Assembly: GCA_027339965.1 (NCBI GenBank)
Contig: DAHWNL010000076.1
Span: forward strand, 15,012-79,011
DNA length: 64,000 bases
Direction of reading: 5' to 3'
From: Granulicella sp.
GTDB taxonomy: Bacteria; Acidobacteriota; Terriglobia; Terriglobales; Acidobacteriaceae
This document shows positions 38,377 to 49,064 of the stretch, piece after piece. Below the pieces are notes generated by a model that ran no database searches, had not been told where the DNA came from, and worked only from the letters and a program-made list of their open reading frames with translations. The translations under genes were made by a program, and so were the position numbers. Within the stretch, counting starts at the first letter, position 1. Every line of letters starts with the position of its first letter.

Positions 38377-38660
38377 GATGGATTCCTTACGTAGAGTGCC
38401 AACCTCAAGTCTACACGAGGCGCTCCGGATCCAGAAGCACTTTCCGCGGAAAGCTCGCCGGCGATCGTAGCCTTATGTTCAGCCTGGATGGCCCTCTCCG
38501 GGGCCGCGGACTCTCGATGCAACAGGGCGGGTGAAAGGCAGGGTTCCCTGGATGTTACGCTCTCGGCTCGCGTTCTGAGCAAAAGCGGTTAACTGCGGAT
38601 CCGCGTAAGATCTTGAGCTCGTAGGGAAACTCTTTGCCTGAGGGAAGCGTCCATCCCTAC

Positions 38661-39620
38661 ATGAAGCAACTCGCTCTCGTCGCGCTGGCGGTTGCGGTAT
38701 CCGCTCTCCCGGTGTTGGCACAGCGGGCGGGTGGAATCTCCGGCGGACAGGCGGGCGGAGGCCACGGAGGCGGTGGGAGCTTCCATGCAGCCTTTGCCGG
38801 ACGGAGCGCGTTCTCTCCCCGAGTGAATGGCGTTGCCGGGCATGGGGCAACTTCGCAATTGGCGGGACGGCGGACAGGCAGTGCCTGGCCCTCTTCCTAC
38901 AACGACCATCGTCCTGGTTCGGGGGTCTACAACCAGAGGTGGCGGCGGGACAGGTATGGAGTGCCCTACTACGATCGGGATGGGTATGGCTATGGGTACC
39001 TGGGAGGCTATGGTTACGGTGGGCTAGGCCTCGGGTGGCCGCTGGCCTCCGGGTGGGTGGACACCAACGACCCGGGGTTCGATGACGGCGACTCGTCGAA
39101 CGATGACGGCTCGTCGAGTGATTCTTCTGCCGACGGGAGTGATGGAACGGCATCCTACGGGCCTGAAGTGCCCTACGGACCTGACGACGGATCCGACAAC
39201 TACTATGCCCCGAGCCCCTACGGCCCCGGCCCCTACGGCCCCAATGCTTACGGATCAGGCGCCAACGGAGCAGGCCCCGATGGTTCGGGCCAAGTGGTTG
39301 GTGGAGAGTATTACTCCTACCCTCCGGTGCCCTATCTGAGCGTGCCGACAAAGATGTTAGGGTCAGGGGAACAGGGCCTGGCGCCGAGCCGGATGGAGCC
39401 GTCAATCTCTCCCGTACCCTCGCTCTATGACTCCTCTGCCGTCACGCTGATCTTCAAGGACGGCCGTCCGCCGGAGAAGATACACAACTACGCTCTTACG
39501 CGAAGCATGCTGTACGTCGCAGACGGGAAGCACCAGCAGATTCCCATCTCGGAGCTGAATCTGGCAGCTACCCAAAAAGTGAACCAGCAAAACGGCGTGG
39601 ACTTCCAACTGCCGCAGTAG
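38661..39620 (+). CDS. Secreted Gly/Tyr/Pro-rich low-complexity protein with small C-terminal globular domain
   Basis: Signal peptide MKQLALVAL...VLA, GY and PYGP tracts, and C-terminal TLIFKDGR...NGVDFQLP. Confidence 0.75.
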   Translation: MKQLALVALAVAVSALPVLAQRAGGISGGQAGGGHGGGGSFHAAFAGRSAFSPRVNGVAGHGATSQLAGRRTGSAWPSSYNDHRPGSGVYNQRWRRDRYGVPYYDRDGYGYGYLGGYGYGGLGLGWPLASGWVDTNDPGFDDGDSSNDDGSSSDSSADGSDGTASYGPEVPYGPDDGSDNYYAPSPYGPGPYGPNAYGSGANGAGPDGSGQVVGGEYYSYPPVPYLSVPTKMLGSGEQGLAPSRMEPSISPVPSLYDSSAVTLIFKDGRPPEKIHNYALTRSMLYVADGKHQQIPISELNLAATQKVNQQNGVDFQLPQ

Positions 39621-39796
39621 AGGGATCTTTCCCTCGTGGAGATGCAGAGCCTGGACGAGGAGAAAGTTGTCCCGGCAAGGGAGATTCCATCGCCGGCCCC
39701 AGTTCCGGGAAAATCGCTCCAAGGGAAAAGGTCGCGACGGGACCCTGTGGACCCGGAGCGGCTCCTACCGATACCTTTTACGCTTCAAGCGGCCCG

Positions 39797-40279
39797 TTAT
39801 CGGTGATGAGAGCTTTGGTTGCTTGCGGATGCCGGCTGCGAGGTTGTTGAGGGCTGAGCCTGCCAAGGGGACATGGTGGTGGTTTTGCCAGTGCGGAAGT
39901 GGCCCTTGGTGGCCGGAGTACAGTCGATCTCACTGGAAGCGCGCGGGTGCGGGGACTTGAGATCGCGCTCGGTAAAGTTGTAGCTGCGCAAGGTGAAGCA
40001 AAGGGGCCGGCCCTGCCCCGCGCTTGCCTGCTGCGAGCCCGCTGTGGAGAGGTGGTTCGCGGCCGCAAGGTTATCGAAGCGCTGCGGGGTGGATTCGAGG
40101 GTTGCGGCGGAGAGCGGTTGGTTGCGGGATGTGTTGAAGAGAGCTGTGGGCGCGTCGGAGGCCGCCAGCGGAGGAGGACCGGATGGGGTCAGGGCCTGTG
40201 CTGCGGCTGTTTGGGTGGATCCAGAAGCGAGCAGGATAGATGCGAGCGGAAACGAGGCGAGAAGACGAGGCTTTGACAT
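39797..40279 (-). CDS. Hypothetical secreted protein
   Basis: Signal-like N-terminus and a Cys pair (CFTLRSY...DCTP); weak support. Confidence 0.55.
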   Translation of the reverse strand: MSKPRLLASFPLASILLASGSTQTAAAQALTPSGPPPLAASDAPTALFNTSRNQPLSAATLESTPQRFDNLAAANHLSTAGSQQASAGQGRPLCFTLRSYNFTERDLKSPHPRASSEIDCTPATKGHFRTGKTTTMSPWQAQPSTTSQPASASNQSSHHR

Positions 40280-40302
40280 CACAAGTCCCTCTGCATTGCA
40301 GT

Positions 40303-40420
40303 CTATAGCATCTCCCGTGCCGATGGGTTCTCCGAAGTGGGCTTGCTGTGGCGTTATCCTTGGGGAAAGCGATCGAAATTGTCAAGGCGCTGAAATTTAT
40401 CCCTACGGAGACAGGGTTAG
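40303..40420 (+). repeat. Copy of the ~117-bp dispersed palindromic element
   Basis: CTATAGCATcTCCcGTGcCGATGGGT...CGAAG.GGG.TT.C.GTGGCGTT.TC.TTGGGGA...TTAG aligns with the copy at 41481. Confidence 0.8.
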
Positions 40421-40515
40421 CTCTTGGATGAGTCCTTGGGTGCCTCGAACCGGCTTGCTTTTTGACCCTGGCGTCGAGCAGCGGGGGAGCGCAGACGGGG
40501 TGAGTCCGGATGGCT

Positions 40516-41397
40516 TTACGCCGCAGGGGTGTATCCCAGGCCGGCGAGGTATTGGCGATCATCTTCCGAAAGATCGGCGGTTTGCAGCAGGTCAGGGCGG
40601 TTCGCCAGAGTCTTGGCCAGCGCGGCCTGTCGGCGCCAGCGGCGGATGGCCAGATGGTCGCCGCTGGAGAGAACCTCCGGGACACTGAGGCCGAGAAACT
40701 CCGCAGGACGAGTGTAGTGGGGATAGTCGAGGATGCCGCTGGAGGCGTGGGTGGATCGGGGTACGGACGGGCTCGGCTCCGAGCCAACAGGGAAGAATGC
40801 GGCGTTTGCAGCCGCTGCCAGCGGTGCTTCGCCGAAGTCGGCTTCACCTTCTCCAAAGCTTTCGTAACGGCTGGAGTCGGCGTGGCCAAGGGCTCCGGGA
40901 AGAAGGCGGACGCTGGCATCGAGCAGGACTGCGGCGGCCAGTTCGCCGCCGGAGAGGACATAGTCCCCGATGGAGAGTTCCTCGTCACAGAGCAGATCCA
41001 CAACGCGTTCATCCACACCCTCATAGCGGCCACAAAGCAAAACTACGCGATGCAGTGTGGCCAGACGGCGGGCGGTGGACTGGTTGAAGCGTTTTCCCTG
41101 GGCAGAGAGCAGGATCACCGATTCGGCCCCGGCAGGGCGCTGCGGCCTGGGGAGAAGCTTGAGGGAACTGAGGGCCTCATAGATGGGCTGGGGCTTGAGC
41201 ACCATACCCTCGCCTCCGCCAAAGGGCCGGTCGTCCACGCTGCGATGACGGTCGTGGGTGAAGCAGCGAAGATCGTGAATTTGGATGCTGGCGAGGCCGC
41301 TGCGCAGCGCTCGCGAGACCACCCCATGGCCCAAAATGCCTTGGTCTGGCAGGGCGCCGAAGAACTCCGGAAAGATGGTGAGGATGTCAAAATGCAT
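40516..41397 (-). CDS. trmD: tRNA (guanine37-N1)-methyltransferase
   Basis: DDRPFGGGEGM, CGRYEGVDER, SIGDYVLSGGE and YPHYTRP. Confidence 0.97.
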   Translation of the reverse strand: MHFDILTIFPEFFGALPDQGILGHGVVSRALRSGLASIQIHDLRCFTHDRHRSVDDRPFGGGEGMVLKPQPIYEALSSLKLLPRPQRPAGAESVILLSAQGKRFNQSTARRLATLHRVVLLCGRYEGVDERVVDLLCDEELSIGDYVLSGGELAAAVLLDASVRLLPGALGHADSSRYESFGEGEADFGEAPLAAAANAAFFPVGSEPSPSVPRSTHASSGILDYPHYTRPAEFLGLSVPEVLSSGDHLAIRRWRRQAALAKTLANRPDLLQTADLSEDDRQYLAGLGYTPAA

Positions 41398-41480
41398 CGT
41401 TGTTCCAAGAGATCGTAGTACGGGAAGCGGCCAGGCCCAGGCAACTCGATTCCGCCAGACCCGGCCATGCGGAAGATGGT

Positions 41481-41597
41481 CTATAGCATTTCCAGTGTCG
41501 ATGGGTGTCCCGAAGAGGGTTTACGGTGGCGTTTTCATTGGGGAGAACGCCCATAGAAGTCGAGGCATTGGGTACACCTACACTGAAACTGCTTTAG
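41481..41597 (+). repeat. Best-preserved copy of the ~117-bp palindromic (MITE/RIME-like) element
   Basis: Terminal inverted repeats CTATAGCATTTCCAGTGT and ACACTGAAACTGCTTTAG (15/18), internal hairpin GGCGTTTTC-attggg-GAGAACGCC; about 80% identical to 50618-50735. Confidence 0.9.
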
Positions 41598-42463
41598 CGG
41601 CTCAAATGTTTGAATCCACCTGTGGAGACCAGCGTGACGGCGAAGATGGTCAAGTTATAGGTGGCGTGCAACAGCGTGGAGCCGGCCACCGAGTGCATGC
41701 GTATCCGCACCAGGCTCAGCGCCAGGCTGACGCCATAGAGCACGCCCAGGATTCCCCAGGCGTGGGAGATTTGGTCGGCGTGCAAGAGCGCAAAGGGGAC
41801 GCTGGAGAAGATGGCGGCGAAGGCCAGAGCGGAGGTGGAGTGCTGGGTGCTCCTTTGCCAGCGTTCCAGGCCTGCGGGGGATCGCTCCAGGGCAAGCCAG
41901 TCATAGGCCGTGGCCAGGGCCGGCAGCAGAAATCCACGAAAGGCAATCTCTTCGGCAATCGGAGCCAGAGTCACAGCGAAGCTGGCTAGCAGCCATCCGG
42001 ACATTCGGGTGCTGAGCAGTTGATCAAAAGGGGTGGTCTTGGGCTGGGGGAGGAAGTAAAGACACGATTGGGCAGCGGCGCTGAGCAGAACGCCGCCCGC
42101 AACGATCCAGTACCACTTGCGGCGGGCAGCCGACAGACCCCAATGAATTCCCTGCGCAAAGTTGACCTCCCACAGATGAGGGAAGAGCCAGTAGGAGACG
42201 GCGAGAATCAAGACGTAGGCCAGAGCCTGCGCCAGCAGCACAGTTCCCGGATGCTGTGCGAGCGAGTCCTGATTCAGGTGGGCGAGGCTGAAGATCACCA
42301 GGGCGGAGACGCTCACTAGCATCCAGGCCAGGGTGAAGAACAGCGCGGCGTGCCCCATGTGTGGAATTCGCCGAGCCAGCCCGTGGTCCCGCTCCGGATC
42401 GGTGTCATGCTGGATATCGAGCGACTTGGGCTCGGCGGCGTCGGGTAGGGGATGATGGCTCAT
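41594..42463 (-). CDS. CPBP-family (CAAX/Abi) intramembrane metalloprotease
   Basis: EEIAFRG, FALLH and HATYN motifs; multiple transmembrane segments. Confidence 0.9.
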   Translation of the reverse strand: MSHHPLPDAAEPKSLDIQHDTDPERDHGLARRIPHMGHAALFFTLAWMLVSVSALVIFSLAHLNQDSLAQHPGTVLLAQALAYVLILAVSYWLFPHLWEVNFAQGIHWGLSAARRKWYWIVAGGVLLSAAAQSCLYFLPQPKTTPFDQLLSTRMSGWLLASFAVTLAPIAEEIAFRGFLLPALATAYDWLALERSPAGLERWQRSTQHSTSALAFAAIFSSVPFALLHADQISHAWGILGVLYGVSLALSLVRIRMHSVAGSTLLHATYNLTIFAVTLVSTGGFKHLSR

Positions 42464-42478
42464 AGGGCAAAGACCAGA

Positions 42479-45400
42479 TTACTTCCGCCGGCGCGCCGGC
42501 GTCTTGGCGGGTTTTGAATTGGCCGCGGGTTGGGTGGCTGGCGGAGAGACCGAGCGCTTCCGGGCAGGAGCAGATCTCTGGGTCATCCGCTTCGGGGCCC
42601 CGGTTTTCACTCTGTCCGGCCGAGAACGCCCGCTGGGGATCCCGGTTTTCCTCTCCGGCTTCGTGGCGGCGCTGCCCTTGGGAACCTTCTGCTTCATCGC
42701 GCCCGTCTTCGGCTTGGGAGCGCTCAAGTCGGGTGGAGTGGTCCAGTCCGCTCCGGTTCCGGATACGGGCAAAGGCGAGTCGTCATGCTCATAGAAGCGG
42801 GCCAGATAGCAACCGGTGTGGGAGCCAGGCGCGGCGGCGACTGCCTCCGGCGGGCCTTGCGCAACGATGCGGCCGCCGCCCTCGCCACCCTCCGGTCCAA
42901 GGTCGATCACGTAATCCGCGTTGCGGATAATGTCCAGATTGTGCTCAATGACGATGACCGTGTTGCCCAGCTCGGTGAGGCGGTGCAGAACCTCCAGCAA
43001 CTTGCGAACATCGTCGAAGTGCAAGCCGGTCGTGGGCTCGTCCAGCAGGTAGAGCGTGCGGCCGGTTTGGCGCTTCGAGAGCTCGCGGGCGAGCTTCATC
43101 CGTTGGGCCTCTCCGCCGGAAAGGGTGGTGGCGGATTGGCCCAGTTGGACGTAGCCGAGGCCCACCTGGACCAAGGTTTGCAGTTTTTGATGGACGGCGG
43201 GGATGTCCCTGAGCACCGGCAGGGCATCTTCGATGGGAAGTTCGAGGATGTCGGCTATGGAGTACCCGTTGAAGTTGACGCTGAGCGTCTCCTGATTGTA
43301 GCGGCGGCCGTTGCAGATCTCGCACAGCACGTAGACATCGGGAAGGAAGTTCATCTCGATGCGGCGCTGACCCTCTCCCTGGCAGGCCTCGCAGCGGCCG
43401 CCCTGGACGTTGAAGCTGAAGCGGCCCGGTTTGTAGCCGCGCTCGCGAGACTCCGGAAGCATGGCGAAGAGATCCCGGATGGCGGTGAAGACGCCCGTGT
43501 AGGTGGCCGGATTGGAGCGCGGCGTGCGCCCGATCGGCGACTGATCGATGCAGATGACCTTGTCGAGCTGGCCGGCTCCGTGGATCGCCTTGTGCTCGCC
43601 CGGCTGTTCGCGAGAGCCGTACAACTCCCTGGCCAGCGAGCGGTACAGGATGTCATTGACCAGAGTGCTCTTGCCGGAACCGCTGACGCCGGTGACCGCT
43701 GTCATCACTCCGAGGGGAAAGTGCGCGGTGAGATGCTTGAGATTGTGCGCGGTTGCATCCTCGATGCTGATCCAGCAGCCGGTACGCGGCTGCGGCCCGG
43801 CGCTCGATTTGCAGCGGGTGCGAAGCGAGAGGCGCCCGGCCAGATAGCTGCCCGTGACGGAGGCAGGGTTGGCCATGACCTGTTCGGGCGTGCCGGCGGC
43901 GATCACCTGTCCCCCGTTTTTCCCCGCTCCTGGCCCCAGGTCCAAAAGGAAGTCCGCCTTGCGCATGGTGTCTTCGTCGTGTTCGACCACGATAACGGTA
44001 TTTCCCAAGTCGCGCAGCTCTTCCAGCGCGGTGATCAAGCGCTGATTGTCGCGCTGATGCAATCCGATGGAAGGCTCGTCGAGGACATACAGCACACCGC
44101 GCAGACGGCTGCCGATCTGGGTGGCGAGACGAATGCGCTGGCCCTCGCCGCCGGAGAGCGTTGCGGCGCTGCGGGCCAGCGAGAGATACCCAAGGCCCAC
44201 GGCGCGGAGGAACTCCAGCCGGTCAAGGATCTCCTGGCGCAGCCGGCCGGCGATCAGCAGATCGCGGCCGCTCAAACGCAGCGAGCGGATGGCGCTGAGC
44301 GCCCGGTCGATCGGAAGAGCCGTGAAGTCCGCAATGGAGGCGTCGAAGAGCCCATTGGGCGCGTCGCTGGAGCCATGGGATGGGGTTTCGTTACGCGGAT
44401 GATCCGTCGCCGGAGCAACTTCCGCGCAGAGGGGAAGCGTGACGGCCAACGACTCTGGGCGCAAGCGGCGACCCTGACAACGCGCGCATTCCGTGGCCGA
44501 CATGTACTGCAGCATGTACTCGCGATATCCGTCGGAACGGGTGTCCTCTAGACTGTCGCGAAGCCAGTTGAGGATGCCGTGAAAGCCGGTGCGTCCAACT
44601 TCGTGGCGGGGTGGTCCAGCCAGGAGCAGCTCCTGCTGGTCCCGGGGAATCTCGGCGAAGGGCAGATGGAGATTGATCTTGTACCGCTGGGCGGCCAGCC
44701 GAATGAGGCGCAGCAGGTACTGCGAGGAGGAGCCTGGCCCCATGGCCCCGTCCAGCAGGGGCTTGGACCAGTCGACGATGACCTTGGCGGGATCAAAGTC
44801 GTAGATGGATCCAAGACCGTGGCACTCCGGGCAGGCTCCGTAGGCCGAGTTGAAGCTGAAGCTGCGGGGCTCCAGCTTGGCCACGTTGGTGCCGCACTGC
44901 GGGCAGGCCATCGAGGAGCTGAACAGCATCTCATGGTTCTCATTCGGCTTGTTTCGGGGCGAAGGAAGAGCGATGAGCACCAGACCTTTGGCCAGTTGCA
45001 GAGCGGTGGTGACGGCGGAGAGCAAGCGGCGCGTATCGTAGGGCGGATCGGCGCGGCTCTCAGTGGCGGACGGCTTGAGGATGATGCGATCGACAATGGC
45101 CTCGATGGTATGGTTCTTGCGCTTTTCCAAGCGCATACCCTCTTCCACCTCGACGATCTCAGCGTCGATGCGGAGGCGGAAGCCCTTCTTGTCCAGAGCT
45201 TCAATCTCCTCGCGGAACTCGCCCTTGCGGCCGCGGACGATGGGAGCCAGCACGGTGATGCGTTCTCCGGGAGATTCGGCGATATAGCGCTCGACGATCT
45301 GGGAGACGATCTGTTCTGGGGACTGGCGCGAGATGGGCCGGTGGCAGTTCGGGCAGTGCGGCTGGCCCACGGACGCGTAGAGCAGGCGAAGATAGTCGTA

Positions 45401-45745
45401 GATCTCCGTGATCGTGCCAACCGTGGAGCGCGGGGAGCGTGAGGTGGTCTTCTGCTCGATGGAGATGGCTGGAGAGAGCCCATCGATGGAGTCCACCTCG
45501 GGCCGCTCCATCTGGTCCAGGAACTGGCGCGCGTAGGCCGAGAGGGTCTCTACGTAACGGCGTTGCCCTTCAGCGTAGATGGTATCGAAGGCCAGAGAAC
45601 TCTTGCCGGAGCCGGAAAGACCGGTAACCACCGTCAGCGTGTTGCGAGGGATGGAGACGGAGATATTGCGCAGGTTGTGCTGACGAGCCCCCCGAACCTG
45701 GATGTGGCTGAGCACCTTGGGCTTGCTCTCCCTCTCTGGGGACAT
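42479..45745 (-). CDS. uvrA: Excinuclease ABC subunit A
   Basis: Two Walker A motifs ([16 protein letters not shown]), zinc fingers, two LSGGE motifs, LDEP; basic low-complexity tail. Start could be further upstream (45769 or 45829). Confidence 0.97.
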   Translation of the reverse strand: MSPERESKPKVLSHIQVRGARQHNLRNISVSIPRNTLTVVTGLSGSGKSSLAFDTIYAEGQRRYVETLSAYARQFLDQMERPEVDSIDGLSPAISIEQKTTSRSPRSTVGTITEIYDYLRLLYASVGQPHCPNCHRPISRQSPEQIVSQIVERYIAESPGERITVLAPIVRGRKGEFREEIEALDKKGFRLRIDAEIVEVEEGMRLEKRKNHTIEAIVDRIILKPSATESRADPPYDTRRLLSAVTTALQLAKGLVLIALPSPRNKPNENHEMLFSSSMACPQCGTNVAKLEPRSFSFNSAYGACPECHGLGSIYDFDPAKVIVDWSKPLLDGAMGPGSSSQYLLRLIRLAAQRYKINLHLPFAEIPRDQQELLLAGPPRHEVGRTGFHGILNWLRDSLEDTRSDGYREYMLQYMSATECARCQGRRLRPESLAVTLPLCAEVAPATDHPRNETPSHGSSDAPNGLFDASIADFTALPIDRALSAIRSLRLSGRDLLIAGRLRQEILDRLEFLRAVGLGYLSLARSAATLSGGEGQRIRLATQIGSRLRGVLYVLDEPSIGLHQRDNQRLITALEELRDLGNTVIVVEHDEDTMRKADFLLDLGPGAGKNGGQVIAAGTPEQVMANPASVTGSYLAGRLSLRTRCKSSAGPQPRTGCWISIEDATAHNLKHLTAHFPLGVMTAVTGVSGSGKSTLVNDILYRSLARELYGSREQPGEHKAIHGAGQLDKVICIDQSPIGRTPRSNPATYTGVFTAIRDLFAMLPESRERGYKPGRFSFNVQGGRCEACQGEGQRRIEMNFLPDVYVLCEICNGRRYNQETLSVNFNGYSIADILELPIEDALPVLRDIPAVHQKLQTLVQVGLGYVQLGQSATTLSGGEAQRMKLARELSKRQTGRTLYLLDEPTTGLHFDDVRKLLEVLHRLTELGNTVIVIEHNLDIIRNADYVIDLGPEGGEGGGRIVAQGPPEAVAAAPGSHTGCYLARFYEHDDSPLPVSGTGADWTTPPDLSAPKPKTGAMKQKVPKGSAATKPERKTGIPSGRSRPDRVKTGAPKRMTQRSAPARKRSVSPPATQPAANSKPAKTPARRRK

Positions 45746-46267
45746 GGAGCTTCCTTTGGAGAGATCCATCTCTGATCCAACAGACAGCGATCCTCCGTCA
45801 GAGACTCCGGCTTGGGAAAAAGTGGCCAAGACCTTAGTTTACCCGGAGTGATGATCATGCCCCATCGCCAGCCCGCCCTTCTCCTGGGCGAGCGGGCCAG
45901 CGGGTGAACTTGGCAGAGGGTATCAATCGGATGGTCTGGAGGCAGGGCCTTGAAGACGCTACTGGAGGGGTTACGGACGGATGCTCCAGCTTTGCTGACG
46001 CGCGGCAGGGCGCGATCGACGATCTGAAAGCCCATCTCTCTCTCCCGGAACTGAAGCCGTTGTGCCCGCGCGACGGCAAAGACGCGCTAGCTGTGCGGCG
46101 GCTGGAGGTGACGATCAGCAGCAGTTTCTCCGCGGATGCAGCGCGTGGCCTCGGCGGTGCTGGAGGGTTTTCCAACCCAGGCCTCCCCGTGGGCTTACCT
46201 GATGAACTGGAAAGGCGACGCCAAAGCGCATTCTTTTCTCCTTGATGCCGCAAAACAGAGAAATGGC

Positions 46268-47794
46268 TCAGCCCGCGTAGCTGCGGACCCATTCTGTGAT
46301 GGTGCGGATGGCGATGCCGCTGGGGCCTCTGGATTGCCAAGGTTTCTGGTCATCCAGCCAGGTGGTGGCGGCGATGTCCAGGTGAATCCAGGGGATCAGA
46401 GGGTTGTCGCCGATGAACTCTTTGAGAAACATGGCTGCGGCGGTGGCCCCGGCAAAGCGGCTGCCACCGGTGTTCTTGATGTCGGCGATCTGGCTCTGGA
46501 TCTGGTCGCGATAGTCGTCGCTGCAGGGCATTCTCCAGAACTTTTCGCCGGTGAGGGAAAGAACGTCCAGAAACTGCCGCGCAGTCGCATCGTGGTTGGA
46601 GAAGAGGCCGGCGTTGATCTGACCCAGGGCGGTTCCGATGGCCCCGGTGAGGGTGGCGGCGTTGAGCAGGCAGGTAGCGCCCAGGGTCTGCGCGTAGTGC
46701 AGGCCGTCGGCCAGCACCAGGCGGCCCTCCGCGTCCGTGTTGATGATCTCGATGGTCTTGCCGGACATGGCGGTAACCACATCGCCGGGCTTGTAGGCCC
46801 GTCCGTCAGGCATGTTCTCACAGGAACAGATGACGGAGAGAACGCGGACGGCTGGTTTGAGCTGGGCGATGGCGCGCATGGCCGCGATCATGGAGGCGGC
46901 GCCGGCCATGTCGTACTTCATCCGGTCCATGTTCTCGGCGGGCTTGATCGAGATTCCCCCGGTGTCAAAGGTAATACCTTTGCCGACCAGACCGATCACC
47001 GGACCCTCGGGGCTGGGCGCTGAGGCGGGCTCGTAGCGCAGGACGATGAGGGCGGGCGGCTGGCTGGAGCCCTGGGCAACCGCAATGAAGGCACCCATCC
47101 CCAGTTCGCGGAGCTTCTCCGTGGAGTGAACCTCGCAGGCGAGGCCGAACTCGGCTGCCATGGTCGCGGCCCGTCTGCCCAGTTCTGTAGGGGTGAGGAT
47201 GTTGCCCGGTTCGTTGATCAGAGCGCGGGCAAAGTTCTGGCTTTCGGCCAGGATGCTTCCTTCGCGAACCGCGGTCTGCAGGGAAGCGTCCATCGCATCG
47301 ACTCCGGGAAGAAGGATGGACACGGTCTCGATGCTCAAGTCCTTGCGGTCCGCGCGATAGAAGTCGATGTCGAAGTCGGCGATGATGGCGCCTTCCGCCA
47401 TGGCTCGGAGTGCCGGCGCGGTGGTCAGGGAGGGGTGTTCCGGCAGGGCGAGCGCAAGCTCGCGCAGAGCGCGGGGACGAGCGTAGCGAACAGCCACGCC
47501 GGCCCCTTGACGCAGTTCGTGGGCAGAGAGTTGGCCGGTCTTTCCAACACCCACCAGGAGCAGACGCCGGGCGTGGAGACCCGTGGGCGCAGGGAGCAGG
47601 AAGGTTTCCCCGAGCGCAGCTTTGAACTCGCCGGATGCCAGCCACAGAGCCGCCGCAGCCTGAAGCGCGGGGTGCGTGGTCAGCAGCATGGGGTTCGCTG
47701 CAGAGTCTTTTGCAACGGCCACGTCGGCGGCGAAGACGACGAGCAGGGGGGTATTCCAATCGGCGGCGGAGTGGCTAAGCAGGTTGATCTTCAC
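46268..47794 (-). CDS. pepA: Leucyl aminopeptidase (M17)
   Basis: GKGITFDTGG, MKYDMAG, NTDAEGRL and HLDIA. Confidence 0.95.
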   Translation of the reverse strand: MKINLLSHSAADWNTPLLVVFAADVAVAKDSAANPMLLTTHPALQAAAALWLASGEFKAALGETFLLPAPTGLHARRLLLVGVGKTGQLSAHELRQGAGVAVRYARPRALRELALALPEHPSLTTAPALRAMAEGAIIADFDIDFYRADRKDLSIETVSILLPGVDAMDASLQTAVREGSILAESQNFARALINEPGNILTPTELGRRAATMAAEFGLACEVHSTEKLRELGMGAFIAVAQGSSQPPALIVLRYEPASAPSPEGPVIGLVGKGITFDTGGISIKPAENMDRMKYDMAGAASMIAAMRAIAQLKPAVRVLSVICSCENMPDGRAYKPGDVVTAMSGKTIEIINTDAEGRLVLADGLHYAQTLGATCLLNAATLTGAIGTALGQINAGLFSNHDATARQFLDVLSLTGEKFWRMPCSDDYRDQIQSQIADIKNTGGSRFAGATAAAMFLKEFIGDNPLIPWIHLDIAATTWLDDQKPWQSRGPSGIAIRTITEWVRSYAG

Positions 47795-47960
47795 CCTTCC
47801 ATGGTAGCGCGGGTGCTGTTCGGCCTGACGCCGGGTGAGCGGCGTCACTCGCAGCGATTTCGCCGTCGCGTCCAGGAGAAGCAGATGCGTACTCCGCGGC
47901 TACGCACAGCGCCAAAGGCCGCGCGGCAAGTTGTGGTCGGGAGGACCTTGGCCCAGCTTC

Positions 47961-49064
47961 TTACCGGGTCTGGGAAGGTTGCTGAGACTGCTTCAGCGCT
48001 TCAGCGGCTTCGTATTGCGCCTCTCTGCCGGCATCGAGACCATGGGTAGGATCGCGGTGCAGGAGCTTGCGGGAGATGTCCGGCCAGAACTCTTCAAAGA
48101 CTGCCCCGGCCATGCCTTCAGCGATCTGGATGGCGAAGTTGGTCATGGTGAGCCCGGCGCTGGTATTCCCAGGAGGGTAGTAGAGATTGGAGATTCCCCC
48201 GGCGGCCAGGTTGCCAAGCAGATTGCCATAGTTGGGCTCCCATTTGCCGGAGCGGTCGCCCTTGGCAATGAAGCTGGACGCGAGAGCATACCAGGTGCGA
48301 TGCCATTTTGGGCCGTATCCCAGACGGAAATAGCGTGGATCCTGGCGAAACAAGATGGGGACCACGCCTGTGCTCAGGACGGTTCCGTCGGCGGTGTCCA
48401 GGTAAGCCGCGCCCGTGCGCTCAAAGTAGCCCTTGGCTCCTCGGGAAAAGCCAACCAGATCGTTGTCCATTTCATAGTATCCGGCTTCCGCAAAGGCGGA
48501 GGCAAAGGTAAAGATGTCGAGGGTGGAGTGCAGTGCGAGATCCATCTTCTGCCCCGAGGAGAGGGGAACGGCGTTCTGGCGGTAGGTAACATTAAAAGTG
48601 GGAACGATGCCCATCACGCGCTGCTTCTCCTCCTCTTTCAACTGCTCCGCGGCGCTCTGATGTTGGCTCTCCCGGGCGGGAGGTGGATTGCTGCTGCCGG
48701 CCTGGCTGTCTGGTCGGGGCTCACCTTGGGCCTGCGGAGATGCGGATTCAACAGCTTTCGCCGGCAAGGAGACTGCCGGGCTGGCGTTCTGTTGCTGAGT
48801 AGCAGCCAGAAGACCTGAACCCAGGGTGACGCAAGGGAATCCTGAGATCGGAGGGGTGAAGGCAACCGGGGTAACGCAGGGGAGGGCGATCGATGACGAG
48901 TCTCCTGAGATGGAAATGGAATCGGTGGCGTTCGAACTCTGTGTCGGCGTCGAAGCCGTTTGCAGGCTGGGACGGACCTGCGCGGCGGCGGCCAGCGGTG
49001 CAAGTCCAAGCAGGACGCTCAAAGGTGCGCCGAGAAAGCGATGGGGTCTCGCATCACGAGTCAT
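47961..49064 (-). CDS. Hypothetical exported/outer-membrane protein
   Basis: Signal peptide, Ser/Pro linker, then a domain with EEKQRVMGIVP, QDPRYFR and ISNLYYP. Confidence 0.72.
   Translation of the reverse strand: MTRDARPHRFLGAPLSVLLGLAPLAAAAQVRPSLQTASTPTQSSNATDSISISGDSSSIALPCVTPVAFTPPISGFPCVTLGSGLLAATQQQNASPAVSLPAKAVESASPQAQGEPRPDSQAGSSNPPPARESQHQSAAEQLKEEEKQRVMGIVPTFNVTYRQNAVPLSSGQKMDLALHSTLDIFTFASAFAEAGYYEMDNDLVGFSRGAKGYFERTGAAYLDTADGTVLSTGVVPILFRQDPRYFRLGYGPKWHRTWYALASSFIAKGDRSGKWEPNYGNLLGNLAAGGISNLYYPPGNTSAGLTMTNFAIQIAEGMAGAVFEEFWPDISRKLLHRDPTHGLDAGREAQYEAAEALKQSQQPSQTR

Noticed and set aside
42530..44551. 673-aa ORF antisense to uvrA, and similar long antisense ORFs over smc, the hydroxyproline operon and the MFS gene
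   Set aside because: Long stop-free antisense frames are expected from high-GC codon bias; they show no motifs and fully overlap well-supported genes.
45746..45900. LexA box upstream of uvrA
   Set aside because: I found no GTTC-N7-GTTC, CTGT-N8-ACAG or GAAC-N4-GTTC match by eye.
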